Part shown: one piece after another, positions 31,677 to 41,486 of the stretch
How positions within the stretch are numbered: position 1 is the first letter of the stretch
Layout: each line of letters starts with the position of its first letter
Origin: Planctomycetota bacterium
GTDB lineage: Bacteria > Planctomycetota > PLA2 > JAEUHO01
NCBI GenBank assembly: GCA_050248855.1
Contig: JBFWRP010000004.1
Coordinates: forward strand, 96,001 to 160,000
Reading direction: 5' to 3'
DNA: 64,000 bases
Notes under the pieces: model-generated
Database searches by the model: none
Told to the model about the DNA's origin: nothing
Seen by the model: only the letters and a program-made list of their open reading frames with translations
Position numbers and translations under genes: made by a program

Positions 31677-33261
31677 GTCCGCGTGCGCGTCCGGTCAACG
31701 CTCCCGCCACCGGCACCAGCCACGCGCCGAGGAGCGCGAGCGCCGCGAGGCCCAACAACGGCTGGCGCAGGCGGTGCGCAGGCAAGCTGGCGGGCGCCGC
31801 TTCGGCCGTGGCCACGCCGCGCGGGCCGCCGCCGGTCCGTACCAGCCGGGTCAGGCTCGGCGGGCGTAGGCGATGCGCGCGCCAGCCGGCTCCGATGTCG
31901 GGCCCGACCACGTCGTCGACGAGGTTGTCGAGCAGCAGGGGCAGGAACGGCGTGGTGCGCAGCGGGGGCCGCCCGTCCAGGAGCGAGGCCGTGAGCAGGA
32001 CGCCGCCCGGCAGCTCGACCAGCAGTGGCCAGGTCTGGTCGCCGTCGCGCCACCCCAGCAGCATCGTGCCGCCGCGGGCCGCATCGAGCGCGGCCGGCGA
32101 CAGCCGCACGCTCCCCGCCTCCGCGGCGAGATCGCGAACGAGCGGCGAGGAGGAGCGGACGGGAGCAGCGCGAGCGGGCACGGCCACGCCGCGATGCCCG
32201 CTCGGGGCGGGCACGACCAAGGCCTGGACACCAGCAGCCTCCGGAGGCGTCTCCCCGAGGCGGATCACGTGGATCCACGGCCCCCGGGCCGCGTCCCCCA
32301 GCCGCATGCGCCCACCGGCTTCCGCCGCGGCCCGCAGCGCGCTTGCGACCTCGCTTTCCAGACCGGGGTCCAGCAACAGCGCCGCCGTCTCGGCGCCGGC
32401 CTCCAGGTCCACCGTGTCGTCCGCGGGGAGGACATCCTCGCGCCCGAGGGCCACCCGAAGCAGACCACGACCCGGGGCGTGGGCATCCACGGCCGTCCTC
32501 TGCTCGGCCGTCAGCTCCAGCGCGAGCCCCGCGGCGCCGCCAGGCTGCAGGGTCGTCGTGCCCGCCACCAGGCGCTCGCCGTCCGAGCCGGGCCCGGTCA
32601 CGACCACGGTCACGTCGGCGGCTCCTCGGCCCTCCCGCGATGCCTCCAGGGTGGTCTGGACGCGCAAGCCCCCCGTGTCGGTGGGTACGACCCCGACCGC
32701 CACGATGCCGACGTTGGCAGGCCCGGGCGGCAGGTCCCAGGTGGCCTCCAGGTCCAACGGCCACCAGCGCACGCCGGGGCGTGGCGCCGCCGGCAGGACG
32801 CGCGCGATCACGTAGCGCTGCCAGGCCGCTCCGAGCCGGGCCAGCGTCTCGAGGTACGCGGGCGAGGATGCCGTGGGCGTGACGGTCACGACATCGAGCT
32901 CGACATCTCCGGGCAGCTCGGCGCGAATCCCGGCCAGGGCGCTCTCGACGGCGGCCTCGTAGCCGCGGGCACCGCGAAGCCAGCCGCTCTCGACGACGAC
33001 GCGCGCCATGCGGCGCGAGGCGCCCCGCCCGACCTGTGGCCCGGCCGCGGCGAACGCCGCCGCTGCGGCGCCGAGCAGCAGCAGGGCGAGCACCGGATCG
33101 AACCGACGCGCGCGACGGGTGGCCGAGCCGGACGGGAGATCGGTGAAGAACAGCAGCGACGCCACGGTCACGGCGCGTGGCGCCCGGCTCCGGCGGTGCA
33201 ACCACCAGATCCCCGGCAGCGCCAGGAGCCCGAGCAGGCCCAGCGGCGCGGCGAAGCTCAC
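31657..33261 (-). CDS. BatA-domain membrane protein
   Basis: N-terminal SFAAPLGLLGLLALPGIWWLH...VASLLFF is a clear BatA motif. C-terminal TM helix. Confidence 0.8.
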   Translation of the reverse strand: MSFAAPLGLLGLLALPGIWWLHRRSRAPRAVTVASLLFFTDLPSGSATRRARRFDPVLALLLLGAAAAAFAAAGPQVGRGASRRMARVVVESGWLRGARGYEAAVESALAGIRAELPGDVELDVVTVTPTASSPAYLETLARLGAAWQRYVIARVLPAAPRPGVRWWPLDLEATWDLPPGPANVGIVAVGVVPTDTGGLRVQTTLEASREGRGAADVTVVVTGPGSDGERLVAGTTTLQPGGAAGLALELTAEQRTAVDAHAPGRGLLRVALGREDVLPADDTVDLEAGAETAALLLDPGLESEVASALRAAAEAGGRMRLGDAARGPWIHVIRLGETPPEAAGVQALVVPAPSGHRGVAVPARAAPVRSSSPLVRDLAAEAGSVRLSPAALDAARGGTMLLGWRDGDQTWPLLVELPGGVLLTASLLDGRPPLRTTPFLPLLLDNLVDDVVGPDIGAGWRAHRLRPPSLTRLVRTGGGPRGVATAEAAPASLPAHRLRQPLLGLAALALLGAWLVPVAGALTGRARGLAAARR

Positions 33262-34184
33262 GGGACTTCCAGGACGAGGCGACGCAGCACGTCCTCGCTG
33301 CGCTCCGACGGCGCGAACGGCAGGTAGCGCAAGCCCACGCTACGTGCGTGATGGGCCCACAGGTCGGCATGGCGCTGCGCGCGCGCGGCGACTTCCGCGG
33401 CCACGCGGGCGTCCACGAGCAAGCGCCGCGACTCGCCGGTCTCCGCGTCCTGCGCGACGATGGCCCCGAGCGGCTCGGGGGCATGCACCTCGGGTGCACG
33501 CACGTGCACGAGGGCGCCGCGGACGGCGCGGCCCGCGAGCCCATGCAGCACCCCGGGGTCGGTGCGGGTCAGCAGGTCCGAGACCAGCAAGAAGCGCGTG
33601 CCACGCGCGAGGCGACGCACGACGCGCGGGAGCGTCTGCGCCAGCTCCGCACGCCCCGTCGGGGGTGTGGCCGAGAGCCGCTCCAACGCGGCCCGTACCT
33701 CGCCCGGCTCGCGCCCCTCGGCCAAGGGACGCGCCTCGCCCCCTTGCAGGATGCCCAGCCGCGCCACACCGCGACCCGCCACGGCGATCGCGAACGCGAG
33801 CGCCGCCAGCCGTGCCGACGCCACGCGCACGCCATGCAGCCCCATGGACGCACTACCGTCGAGCCAGACCTCGGTGACCAGGTCGCGCTCGGGATCCAGC
33901 TGGCGCACGACGACGCGGCCCAGGCGCGCGGCGACGTTCCAGTCGACGCGCTTCAGGTCGTCGCCGGGGCGGTAGGCGCGATGGCCGCGGAACAGGAAGC
34001 GACCGCCTTCCCCGCGCACCGCCCGGCGTCCGTCGGCCACGCCTGCGTGGAGCCTCGGCACCGCCGCGGGAACCAGCGACAAGAGGCGCAGGAAGGAGGC
34101 CGGGAACAGCTCCGGGTCGAGCGCTCCGGCGCCGACGTCCCGACGCGGTGTGGACCGCGTGCCCGACGCGCGGCGCGCGTTCAC
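33258..34184 (-). CDS. DUF58 domain protein
   Basis: FRGHRAYRPGDDLKRVDWNVAARL, LDGSASM, LVSDL, DAETGE. Confidence 0.92.
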   Translation of the reverse strand: MNARRASGTRSTPRRDVGAGALDPELFPASFLRLLSLVPAAVPRLHAGVADGRRAVRGEGGRFLFRGHRAYRPGDDLKRVDWNVAARLGRVVVRQLDPERDLVTEVWLDGSASMGLHGVRVASARLAALAFAIAVAGRGVARLGILQGGEARPLAEGREPGEVRAALERLSATPPTGRAELAQTLPRVVRRLARGTRFLLVSDLLTRTDPGVLHGLAGRAVRGALVHVRAPEVHAPEPLGAIVAQDAETGESRRLLVDARVAAEVAARAQRHADLWAHHARSVGLRYLPFAPSERSEDVLRRLVLEVP

Positions 34185-35062
34185 GCCTCGTCCTCGACCG
34201 GCGGTTCGGGGTCGGTCGGGTAGTAGGGCCGACCGCGCCAGCCGAGCTTGCGGCGCAGGGTCTCGTAGAAGGGGCCGCCGAAGACGCGGACCAGGGTCAG
34301 CGGCGACGCCGACTTGGCGACTTCGATGGCGTCATCCGGCGCGAGGTGCATGGCATCGGCGCCGTCCACCGTGAAGGTTGCCGGCGTGCGGCTCTCGGCC
34401 ACGGTGAGGCGGAACACATGGCGCCCCGACAACACGAGCGGGCGCGTGCTCAGCGAGTGCGCCGCGATCGGCACCATCACGATGGCCTCGATCGTGGGAT
34501 CGAGCAGCGGGCCGCCCGCCGCCACGGCGTGGGCGCTCGATCCGGTCGGCGAGGCCAAGATCAGGCCGTCGCCGCTGAAACGGATCGCGTGGCGGCCGTC
34601 GATGCCCACGTCCACGTCCACCATGCGGCCGAGCTCGCTGCGACCGACGACCACGTCGTTGAGCGCAAGCCAGCGTCCGCCGAGGCGCTCCCCGCGCAAC
34701 CACGTCACGTCCAGGCGCGTCCGGCGGTGCAGCTCGGCCGCGCCCTGGAGCCAGCGGTCGATGCCCTCGTCCAGCTGCTCGGGTGCGAGGTCGGCCAGGA
34801 AGCCGAAGCGACCGTAGTTGACGCCCAGGACGGGAATCGGGTTGGTGCCAAGGCGCCGCGCGACGTGCAAGATCGAGCCGTCGCCGCCGAACACGAGCAC
34901 CAGGTCGGCCTCGGCCGTGGCGAGGTCGATGCGCTCGTCGAGGTCCTCGCCGACCAGCTCGACGCGCTCGGCCAAGCGCGAGCGATGCAGCCGCACGCCC
35001 TCGGCCACCCCGGGCCGCCTGCGGTCCCCCACGATCAAGACACGGCGGCGCGCGCTCGTCAT
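34181..35062 (-). CDS. nadK: NAD(+) kinase
   Basis: [43 protein letters not shown]. Confidence 0.93.
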   Translation of the reverse strand: MTSARRRVLIVGDRRRPGVAEGVRLHRSRLAERVELVGEDLDERIDLATAEADLVLVFGGDGSILHVARRLGTNPIPVLGVNYGRFGFLADLAPEQLDEGIDRWLQGAAELHRRTRLDVTWLRGERLGGRWLALNDVVVGRSELGRMVDVDVGIDGRHAIRFSGDGLILASPTGSSAHAVAAGGPLLDPTIEAIVMVPIAAHSLSTRPLVLSGRHVFRLTVAESRTPATFTVDGADAMHLAPDDAIEVAKSASPLTLVRVFGGPFYETLRRKLGWRGRPYYPTDPEPPVEDEA

Positions 35063-35168
35063 GCACGGAGCCTACCCGGGGCCCGGACGGGGCGGTCGGG
35101 GAGTCTGCCCGTGGCACGACGAGCGGGGGTGGCCCGGCTACCCTCATGGCCCCTTGCAAGGAGCCCCC

Positions 35169-36485
35169 ATGACGACCACCGTGCGCCCCACCCAGGACTA
35201 CAAGGTCAAGGACATCCGCTTGGCCGCCGAGGGCCGCAAGGACATCGAGATCTCCGAGCCGGAGATGCCGGGCCTCATGGCGCTCCGCGAGCGCTACGGC
35301 GAGAGCCAGCCCTTGAAGGGCGCACGGATCGCCGGCTGCCTCCACATGACGGTCGAGACGGCCATCCTGATCGAGACCCTGACGGCGCTCGGCGCCGAGG
35401 TCCGCTGGTCGTCCTGCAACATCTACTCCACCGAGGACCACGCCGCGGCAGCCGTCGCGGCGGCGGGTGTCCCCGTCTTCGCCTGGAAGGGCGAGACGGA
35501 GGAGGAGTACGAGTGGTGCATCGAGCAGACGCTGCGCTGGCCCGACGGCTCGGGGCCCAACCTGATCCTCGACGACGGCGGTGACCTCACGTGGATCGTC
35601 CACCAGCGCCACCCCGAGCTGCTCGCCGAGATCCGCGGCTTGTCCGAGGAGACCACCACGGGTGTCGCGCGTTTGTACCGCGCGCTCGAGGAGGGCACGC
35701 TCAAGGTGCCGGCGATCAACGTCAACGACTCGGTCACCAAGTCCAAGTTCGACAACCTCTACGGCTGCCGCGAGTCGCTGGCCGACGGCTTGAAGCGCGC
35801 CACCGGCGTGATGGTCGCCGGCAAGGTCGTGGTCATCGCGGGCTACGGGGACGTGGGCAAGGGCTGCGCCCAGTCCATGCGCGGCCTCGGCGCCCGCGTG
35901 CTGGTCACCGAGATCGACCCCATCTGCGCGCTGCAGGCGGCGATGGAGGGCTTCGAGGTCACGACCATGGAAGAGGCCGCCCCCGAGGGCGACATCTTCG
36001 TGACGGCCACCGGCTGCTGCAAGGTGGTCACCGGCGAGCACATGGTCGCCATGAAGGACAACGTGATCCTCTGCAACATCGGCCACTTCGACCACGAGAT
36101 CGACGTGGCGTGGCTCGAGAAGCACCCCGAGATCCGCGAAGAGGAGATCAAGGCCCAGGTCGACCGGTTCACGCTCCCCGACGGCAAGCGCCTGATCCTG
36201 CTGGCACGCGGTCGCCTCGTGAACCTCGGCTGCGCCACCGGCCATCCCTCGTTCGTGATGTCCAACAGCTTCTCGAACCAGGTCCTGGCCCAGATCGCCC
36301 TCTGGACCGCCAAGGAGCCCTACGCGCTCGGCGTCCACGTGCTGCCCAAGTCGCTCGACGAAGAAGTCGCACGCCTTCACCTCGGCAAGCTCGGCGTCAA
36401 GCTCACCAAGCTCACCCCCGAACAGGCCGAGTACATCGGCGTGCCCGTCGCCGGGCCCTACAAGCCCGCGCACTACAGGTACTAG
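35169..36485 (+). CDS. ahcY: Adenosylhomocysteinase
   Basis: [58 protein letters not shown]-terminal HYRY. AAGGAG SD. Confidence 0.97.
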   Translation: MTTTVRPTQDYKVKDIRLAAEGRKDIEISEPEMPGLMALRERYGESQPLKGARIAGCLHMTVETAILIETLTALGAEVRWSSCNIYSTEDHAAAAVAAAGVPVFAWKGETEEEYEWCIEQTLRWPDGSGPNLILDDGGDLTWIVHQRHPELLAEIRGLSEETTTGVARLYRALEEGTLKVPAINVNDSVTKSKFDNLYGCRESLADGLKRATGVMVAGKVVVIAGYGDVGKGCAQSMRGLGARVLVTEIDPICALQAAMEGFEVTTMEEAAPEGDIFVTATGCCKVVTGEHMVAMKDNVILCNIGHFDHEIDVAWLEKHPEIREEEIKAQVDRFTLPDGKRLILLARGRLVNLGCATGHPSFVMSNSFSNQVLAQIALWTAKEPYALGVHVLPKSLDEEVARLHLGKLGVKLTKLTPEQAEYIGVPVAGPYKPAHYRY

Positions 36486-36491
36486 GCGCGC

Positions 36492-38429
36492 TCAGAGCGC
36501 GGAGCGCGAGGGATCTTCGGAGGGGCGGGTCGCGAGCGCCGTGAGCTCGCGGCGAGCGCGGGCGGCGAGGCCGCGGGCGTCCAGGCCGAAGCGCTCGCGC
36601 CAGTCGGCGGCCTCGCCGTGCCAGACCAGCTGGTCGGGCACGCCGAGCACGCGGACGACGGCGGCGGGCGGCGTGGGGAGCGTGGCGACGTGCTCGAGCA
36701 CGGCGCTGCCGAAACCCCCGGCGATGGCGTGCTCCTCGACCGTCATCACCAGGCGGTGGCTGTCGAGGAAGCGGTCGATGGCGCGCGTGTCCAGCGGGCG
36801 CGCGAAGCGGGCGTTGAACACGGCGGCCTCGATACCGACCTCGGCCAGCTCGTCGGCCGCGGCCAGGGCTTCGCGCACGAGGTTGCCGTAGGCGAGGAAG
36901 ACCATGTCCTTGCCGTCGCGCAGGAGCTCGCCGCGCCCCGTGCGCAGCGGCGTGTCGTTGCCGGCGAGCGGCGCGTTGGCGTGGCCGCCGCGCGGGTAGC
37001 GGACCGCGGACGGCTTGCCGAGCGACAACGCGTGCCGCAGCATGCGCTCCAGCTCCGGCGGGTCCGCGGGCGCCATGAGGACGATGTCGGGAAACGTGCG
37101 CAGGTAGGCGATGTCGTAGAGCCCCTGGTGCGTGACACCGTCGCCGCCCACGATGCCGGCCCGGTCCATGGCAAACACGACGGGCAAGCCCTGCACGACG
37201 ACTTCCTGCCAGATCTGGTCGTAGCCGCGCTGCAGGAACGTGCTGTAGATCGCCACGACGGGCTTCATGCCCGCGTCGGCCAAGCCGCCCGCCAGCGCCA
37301 CGCCGTGCTGCTCGCAGATGCCCACGTCGATCACGCGCTCGGCGTGCTCGGGGGCAACCTTGTCCAGGCTGGTGCCGCTGGGCATGGCCGCGGTGATGGC
37401 GACGACGCGCGGGTCGTGGTCCATCACCGCCTTCATCGTGTGGGCGAAAACGTCCTGGTACTTGACGACGGGCGCGACCGGCTCGCTGGAGCGCAGCGGC
37501 TGGGGCTCGCCCGCGGGACGTGGCAGCTTGGGCTCGCTCACGGCGTGCGCCGCCTCGTGGCCCTTGTCCGGAGCGCCGCGGCCCTTCTCGGTGACCACGT
37601 GGAGCAGCACGGGGCCCTTGACGCGCTTGAGGTCGTGGAGCAGCTGCTCCATGCGGTGGACGTCGTGGCCGTTCTCGGGTCCGAAGTAGGTCCAGCCCAG
37701 CTCGCGGAACAGGTGGCCGGGGCTGATGGCGTTGGCGAACGCCTCCTTGACGTTGCCCACCCAGCGGCTCAAGCGGTCGCCGAAGAAGGGCACGGAGCCC
37801 AGCGCCTCGTGCAGCTCGCCCTTGCCTTCGCGGTAGGCCGGGAGCGTGCGGATGCGATTGAGGTACTTGCGCAGCGCCCCGACGGTGCGGCTGATCGACC
37901 ACTGGTTGTCGTTGAGGATCACCAGGAGGTTGGTGTCGCCCTGGCCTACGTCGTTCAAGGCCTCGAAGGTCACGCCGCTGGCCGCGGCCGCGTCGCCCAC
38001 GATGGCCACGACGCGGCGGTCGTCGATGCCGCGCAGCTTGTCGGCCAGGGCCAGGCCCGCCGCCGCCGAGACGGCCGTCCCGGCGTGGCCCGACGTGAAC
38101 GTGTCGTAGGGGCTCTCGCCGCGGTGCATGAAGCCCGAGAGGCCGTCGGTGCGGCGCAAGGTGGGGAAGCGGTCGCCGCGGCCCGTGATGACCTTGTGCG
38201 GGTAGACCTGGTGGCTGGTGTCCAGCACCAGGCGGTCGGTCTTGAAGTCGAAGACCCGGTGGAGGGCCACCGTGAGCTCCACCACACCCAGGTTGCTGCC
38301 CAGGTGCCCACCCGTCGCGGTGACCGCGCGGATGAGGAACGCGCGCAGCTCGGCGCAGTAGGCCGCCACCTCGTCGGGGGCGAGGGCCTTCAAGTCCTGC
38401 GGCGAACGGACGCGATCGAAGACGGACAT
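36492..38429 (-). CDS. dxs: 1-deoxy-D-xylulose-5-phosphate synthase
   Basis: GGHLGSNLGVVELT, GHAGT, GDAA...LNDN, ITAAM, DVGICEQH, YSTFLQRGYDQ, DRAG, RYPRG. Confidence 0.96.
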   Translation of the reverse strand: MSVFDRVRSPQDLKALAPDEVAAYCAELRAFLIRAVTATGGHLGSNLGVVELTVALHRVFDFKTDRLVLDTSHQVYPHKVITGRGDRFPTLRRTDGLSGFMHRGESPYDTFTSGHAGTAVSAAAGLALADKLRGIDDRRVVAIVGDAAAASGVTFEALNDVGQGDTNLLVILNDNQWSISRTVGALRKYLNRIRTLPAYREGKGELHEALGSVPFFGDRLSRWVGNVKEAFANAISPGHLFRELGWTYFGPENGHDVHRMEQLLHDLKRVKGPVLLHVVTEKGRGAPDKGHEAAHAVSEPKLPRPAGEPQPLRSSEPVAPVVKYQDVFAHTMKAVMDHDPRVVAITAAMPSGTSLDKVAPEHAERVIDVGICEQHGVALAGGLADAGMKPVVAIYSTFLQRGYDQIWQEVVVQGLPVVFAMDRAGIVGGDGVTHQGLYDIAYLRTFPDIVLMAPADPPELERMLRHALSLGKPSAVRYPRGGHANAPLAGNDTPLRTGRGELLRDGKDMVFLAYGNLVREALAAADELAEVGIEAAVFNARFARPLDTRAIDRFLDSHRLVMTVEEHAIAGGFGSAVLEHVATLPTPPAAVVRVLGVPDQLVWHGEAADWRERFGLDARGLAARARRELTALATRPSEDPSRSAL

Positions 38430-38543
38430 GGTGCACGAGGATACCCGTGCGCCGACCGGGGCCCCCGCGGGGACCGCCCCGCGACCGGCCCCAGCGCCCG
38501 GACGGCCCTCGCCGCGCGGCACCCTGGACCCCAAGATGCCGTC

Positions 38544-39449
38544 GTGAGCCTACCGTCGTCCGCCTCCGCGCCCCGCGAGCTCGGGGCCTTCCTCGCGCAC
38601 GCCCGGTCGCGCGTGGAGGAGCACCTCGAGCGTTGGCTGCCCAAGGGCGGAGAGGCTCCGCAGCGCCTTGCCGACGCGATGCGCTACAGCGTCGGCGCGG
38701 GCGGCAAGCGACTACGGCCCGCGTTGGCCCTCGCCGGCGCGCTGGCCGTCGGGGGACGTGAAGAGGACGCCCTGCCCTTCGCGGCGGCCGTGGAGATGCT
38801 GCACACCTACAGCCTCATCCACGACGACCTGCCCGCGATGGACGACGACGACCTGCGCCGGGGGCGTCCGACGAGCCACAAGGTCTTCGGCGAGGCGCTC
38901 GCCATCCTGGCGGGCGACGCGCTGCACACGGAGGCCTTCCGTTGCTTGCTCGACGCGCCGCTGTCCGCGGACGTCCTCGTGGCGCAAGCACGCCGACTCG
39001 CCGACGCCGCCGGCAGCAAGGGCATGGTGGGCGGCCAGGTCGACGACCTCGCGGCCGATGGCATGGCGCCGTCCCTCGAGCGTCTGCAGAGGATCCACCG
39101 CGCCAAGACCGGGGCCCTGATCGCCGCCTCGGTGGTGGGCGGCGCCCTGGCCGGCGGCGCCGACACGGCAGCCGTCGAGGCCCTGGAGCGCTACGGCGCG
39201 GCCGTCGGCTTGGCTTTCCAGATCGCCGACGACGTGCTCGACGAGACGGCCACGGCCGAGCAGCTGGGCAAGACACCGGGCAAGGACCGTGCGGACGCCA
39301 AGATGACCTACGTCGCCCTGGCCGGTCTGGACGGAGCGCGACGGCTGGCTGCGGACGCGGTGGCCGAGGCCCTGGCGGCGCTGTCCGCCGTGGGCGACGA
39401 CGAACGCCTCGCCGCGCTGGCGCGCTACGCCGTCGAGCGCCCGGCCTGA
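38544..39449 (+). CDS. ispA: Polyprenyl diphosphate (farnesyl/geranylgeranyl) synthase
   Basis: GGKRLRP, SLIHDDLPAMDDDDLRRG, GGQVDD, KTGAL, FQIADDVLD, GKTPGKD. Confidence 0.93.
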   Translation: MSLPSSASAPRELGAFLAHARSRVEEHLERWLPKGGEAPQRLADAMRYSVGAGGKRLRPALALAGALAVGGREEDALPFAAAVEMLHTYSLIHDDLPAMDDDDLRRGRPTSHKVFGEALAILAGDALHTEAFRCLLDAPLSADVLVAQARRLADAAGSKGMVGGQVDDLAADGMAPSLERLQRIHRAKTGALIAASVVGGALAGGADTAAVEALERYGAAVGLAFQIADDVLDETATAEQLGKTPGKDRADAKMTYVALAGLDGARRLAADAVAEALAALSAVGDDERLAALARYAVERPA

Positions 39450-40696
39450 CGACGACGCACGCGGAAGGCGTAAGCAGCCGCGAGCAAGGCCCCCACGACA
39501 CCGGCGATGCCGAACGCCTGGAGCGCCCGCGACGTGGACGTCCGCTCGGCGAGCGCTGCGAGCAGCCAGCCGCCGATCGGATAGGCCGCTCCGAACATCA
39601 GCGCCCAGATGCCCATGACCCGGCCGCGCAGGGCGTCGGGCACCGTCTCCTGGACCACCGTGTTGGCCGTGGCCATGTAGCCGACCTGGCAGAAGCCGGC
39701 GACCAGCACGGCGGCGGCGGTCAGCGCCGGCCAGCGCGAGAACGAGAGCCCGAGCACGGCGAGGCCCGTGACGAGGGCCAAGCGACCGAGGCGACGCGCG
39801 CGACCGGCGCGATCGCCCGCATGACCGGCCACCCACAGCGCGGCCAGCAGCGAGCCCACGCCCGCCATGGCCATGACGAGGCCGTAGCCCCGCTCGTCCA
39901 AGCCGAGGTCGTCCTTGATCAAGGCGGGCGCCACCGTCCGCCACGACAAGACGATCATCACGAGGGTGAACGTGCTGGCGAGGACCCGGCGCAGCACGGG
40001 CTCGTGGACGACGTAGGCGAAGCCCTCGCGCAGCTCGGACCACGCGCTACGGCGCGGGGGCGCGTCGGGATCGCGGGCCACGTGCGGCATCGTGCCGGCG
40101 ATCGCGACCATCGGCACGGTGAGGGCCGCGACCACGAAGAAGCAGCCGGCGGGTCCCAGCGCGGCATAGAGCCAGCCGGCCAGCGCAAACCCCGCGGCGT
40201 TGGTCAGGTGGAAGCCCGCGGCGTTCATGCCGATGGCGTTGGGCAAGCGCTCCAGGCCCACCACGTGGCGCACGAGCAGGTGGCGCGTCGGGTTCTCCAC
40301 CCCGCGCAGGACGCCCGTCGCGATCGTCCAGGTGAGCAGCCAGGGGTAGGCCACGTGGCCCGCGAGCAGCGCCACGCCCAAGCCGACGTTGGCCACCACC
40401 ACGGCGGCGTACACGACCTGCAGCAGGCGCCTCGGGTCCACCCGGTCGGCCAGCACGCCGCTGAAGGGCGAGATCACGATCCAGGGCAGCAGGCTTGCGG
40501 CGGCGATCTCGCCCAGCGCGTGCTTGGAGCCCGTCATCTCGTAGACGAGCCAGGGCAGCGCGGCGATGCGCACCCAGAAGCCGCTCATCACGCACACCAA
40601 GCCGGCGAAGTAGCGGCGGTACGCGGGCGTGTCGAACACCTCGAGCGCGCGCCGTCGCCAGCGCGGCGGGGTGTCGGGATCGGTCGCGAGGCTCAC
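39425..40696 (-). CDS. MFS transporter (MFS_3-like)
   Basis: About 12 TM helices, GVLADRVDPRRL motif A, and QETVPDALRGRVMG. GTG 40696. Confidence 0.9.
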   Translation of the reverse strand: MSLATDPDTPPRWRRRALEVFDTPAYRRYFAGLVCVMSGFWVRIAALPWLVYEMTGSKHALGEIAAASLLPWIVISPFSGVLADRVDPRRLLQVVYAAVVVANVGLGVALLAGHVAYPWLLTWTIATGVLRGVENPTRHLLVRHVVGLERLPNAIGMNAAGFHLTNAAGFALAGWLYAALGPAGCFFVVAALTVPMVAIAGTMPHVARDPDAPPRRSAWSELREGFAYVVHEPVLRRVLASTFTLVMIVLSWRTVAPALIKDDLGLDERGYGLVMAMAGVGSLLAALWVAGHAGDRAGRARRLGRLALVTGLAVLGLSFSRWPALTAAAVLVAGFCQVGYMATANTVVQETVPDALRGRVMGIWALMFGAAYPIGGWLLAALAERTSTSRALQAFGIAGVVGALLAAAYAFRVRRRQAGRSTA

Positions 40697-41094
40697 GCGC
40701 CTGCGGCCGTGGCATCCAGCCGCAGGCCTTCCGGATGCTCCTTCGGATGCGCCCAGCGTCGGTCGAACACGAGGACGGCGTCCACGGCGGGGAGCTGGCG
40801 CTCGACGGTGACCGTGCCGTCGTGCTCGGGCTCGTCGGGCTTGCGGGGCCGCGCCAGCACGTTCACGCTCCACGGGCCTTCGAGCGCGGGCTCGACCTCG
40901 ACGTCGATCGTGGCCTCGAGCCCGACGTGCAGGACGCGCAGCACCAAGCGCGACGTGTTCGTGTCCACGCGCACCAACCGGCTCCCCTCGGGATCGATGT
41001 GGCGCGCGGGCAGATACGGCTGGGAGAGCATGTACCCGATGTAGATCGCAAGCCCGACGAAGAGCACGCCCGCGAGGACGACGAGGGGCTTCAT
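40693..41094 (-). CDS. Hypothetical protein with N-terminal TM helix
   Basis: ATGA/GTGA overlaps with xseB and the MFS gene. Hydrophobic N-terminus MKPLVVLAGVLFVGLAIYIG. Confidence 0.65.
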   Translation of the reverse strand: MKPLVVLAGVLFVGLAIYIGYMLSQPYLPARHIDPEGSRLVRVDTNTSRLVLRVLHVGLEATIDVEVEPALEGPWSVNVLARPRKPDEPEHDGTVTVERQLPAVDAVLVFDRRWAHPKEHPEGLRLDATAAGA

Positions 41095-41384
41095 TCCTCT
41101 TCCACCGCGTCCTCGAGCCCGCCCTCCCCCACCTGGAGCGGTCGCTCCACGGGACGGCCGTCCGGGCCCTGGGTCAGCTCGACGAGCCGTGCTTCGGCCT
41201 CGTCGAGCAGCGCGCGGCAGGCTTCGAGATGGGCCACGCCCTCGCGATAGCGCGCGAGGCTCTCCTCGAGGCCGAGGTCCTCGGCCTCCAAGGCGTCCAC
41301 GACCTCTTCCAGCGCCGCCAGCCGCTCCTCGAACGTCGGCGTCGTGGCCTTCGGCGAAGCAGGACGGCGTGACGGCGGCACCAT
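41091..41384 (-). CDS. xseB: Exodeoxyribonuclease VII small subunit
   Basis: TFEERLAALEEVVDALE..DLGLEESLARYREG...CRALLDEAEARL. Confidence 0.92.
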   Translation of the reverse strand: MVPPSRRPASPKATTPTFEERLAALEEVVDALEAEDLGLEESLARYREGVAHLEACRALLDEAEARLVELTQGPDGRPVERPLQVGEGGLEDAVEEE

Positions 41385-41486
41385 GCCGTGAACCTACGCC
41401 CCGCCCGGTCGTCCACCAACCGCGGGCCCGGGCATAGCCTCGGGGCCGCGGGCCCGTACGCGAGGGCCGCCGGGAGGTAGACGACC

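Noticed and set aside
35063..35168. SAH or SAM riboswitch upstream of ahcY
   Set aside because: The gap is only 106 bp, shared with the divergent nadK, and I could not match a riboswitch consensus. An Rfam scan would settle it.
39425..39449. Convergent overlap of ispA and the MFS gene, and other abutting stops such as 61545/61546
   Set aside because: Short tail-to-tail overlaps are common in compact GC-rich genomes, and there is no specific signal for antisense regulation.
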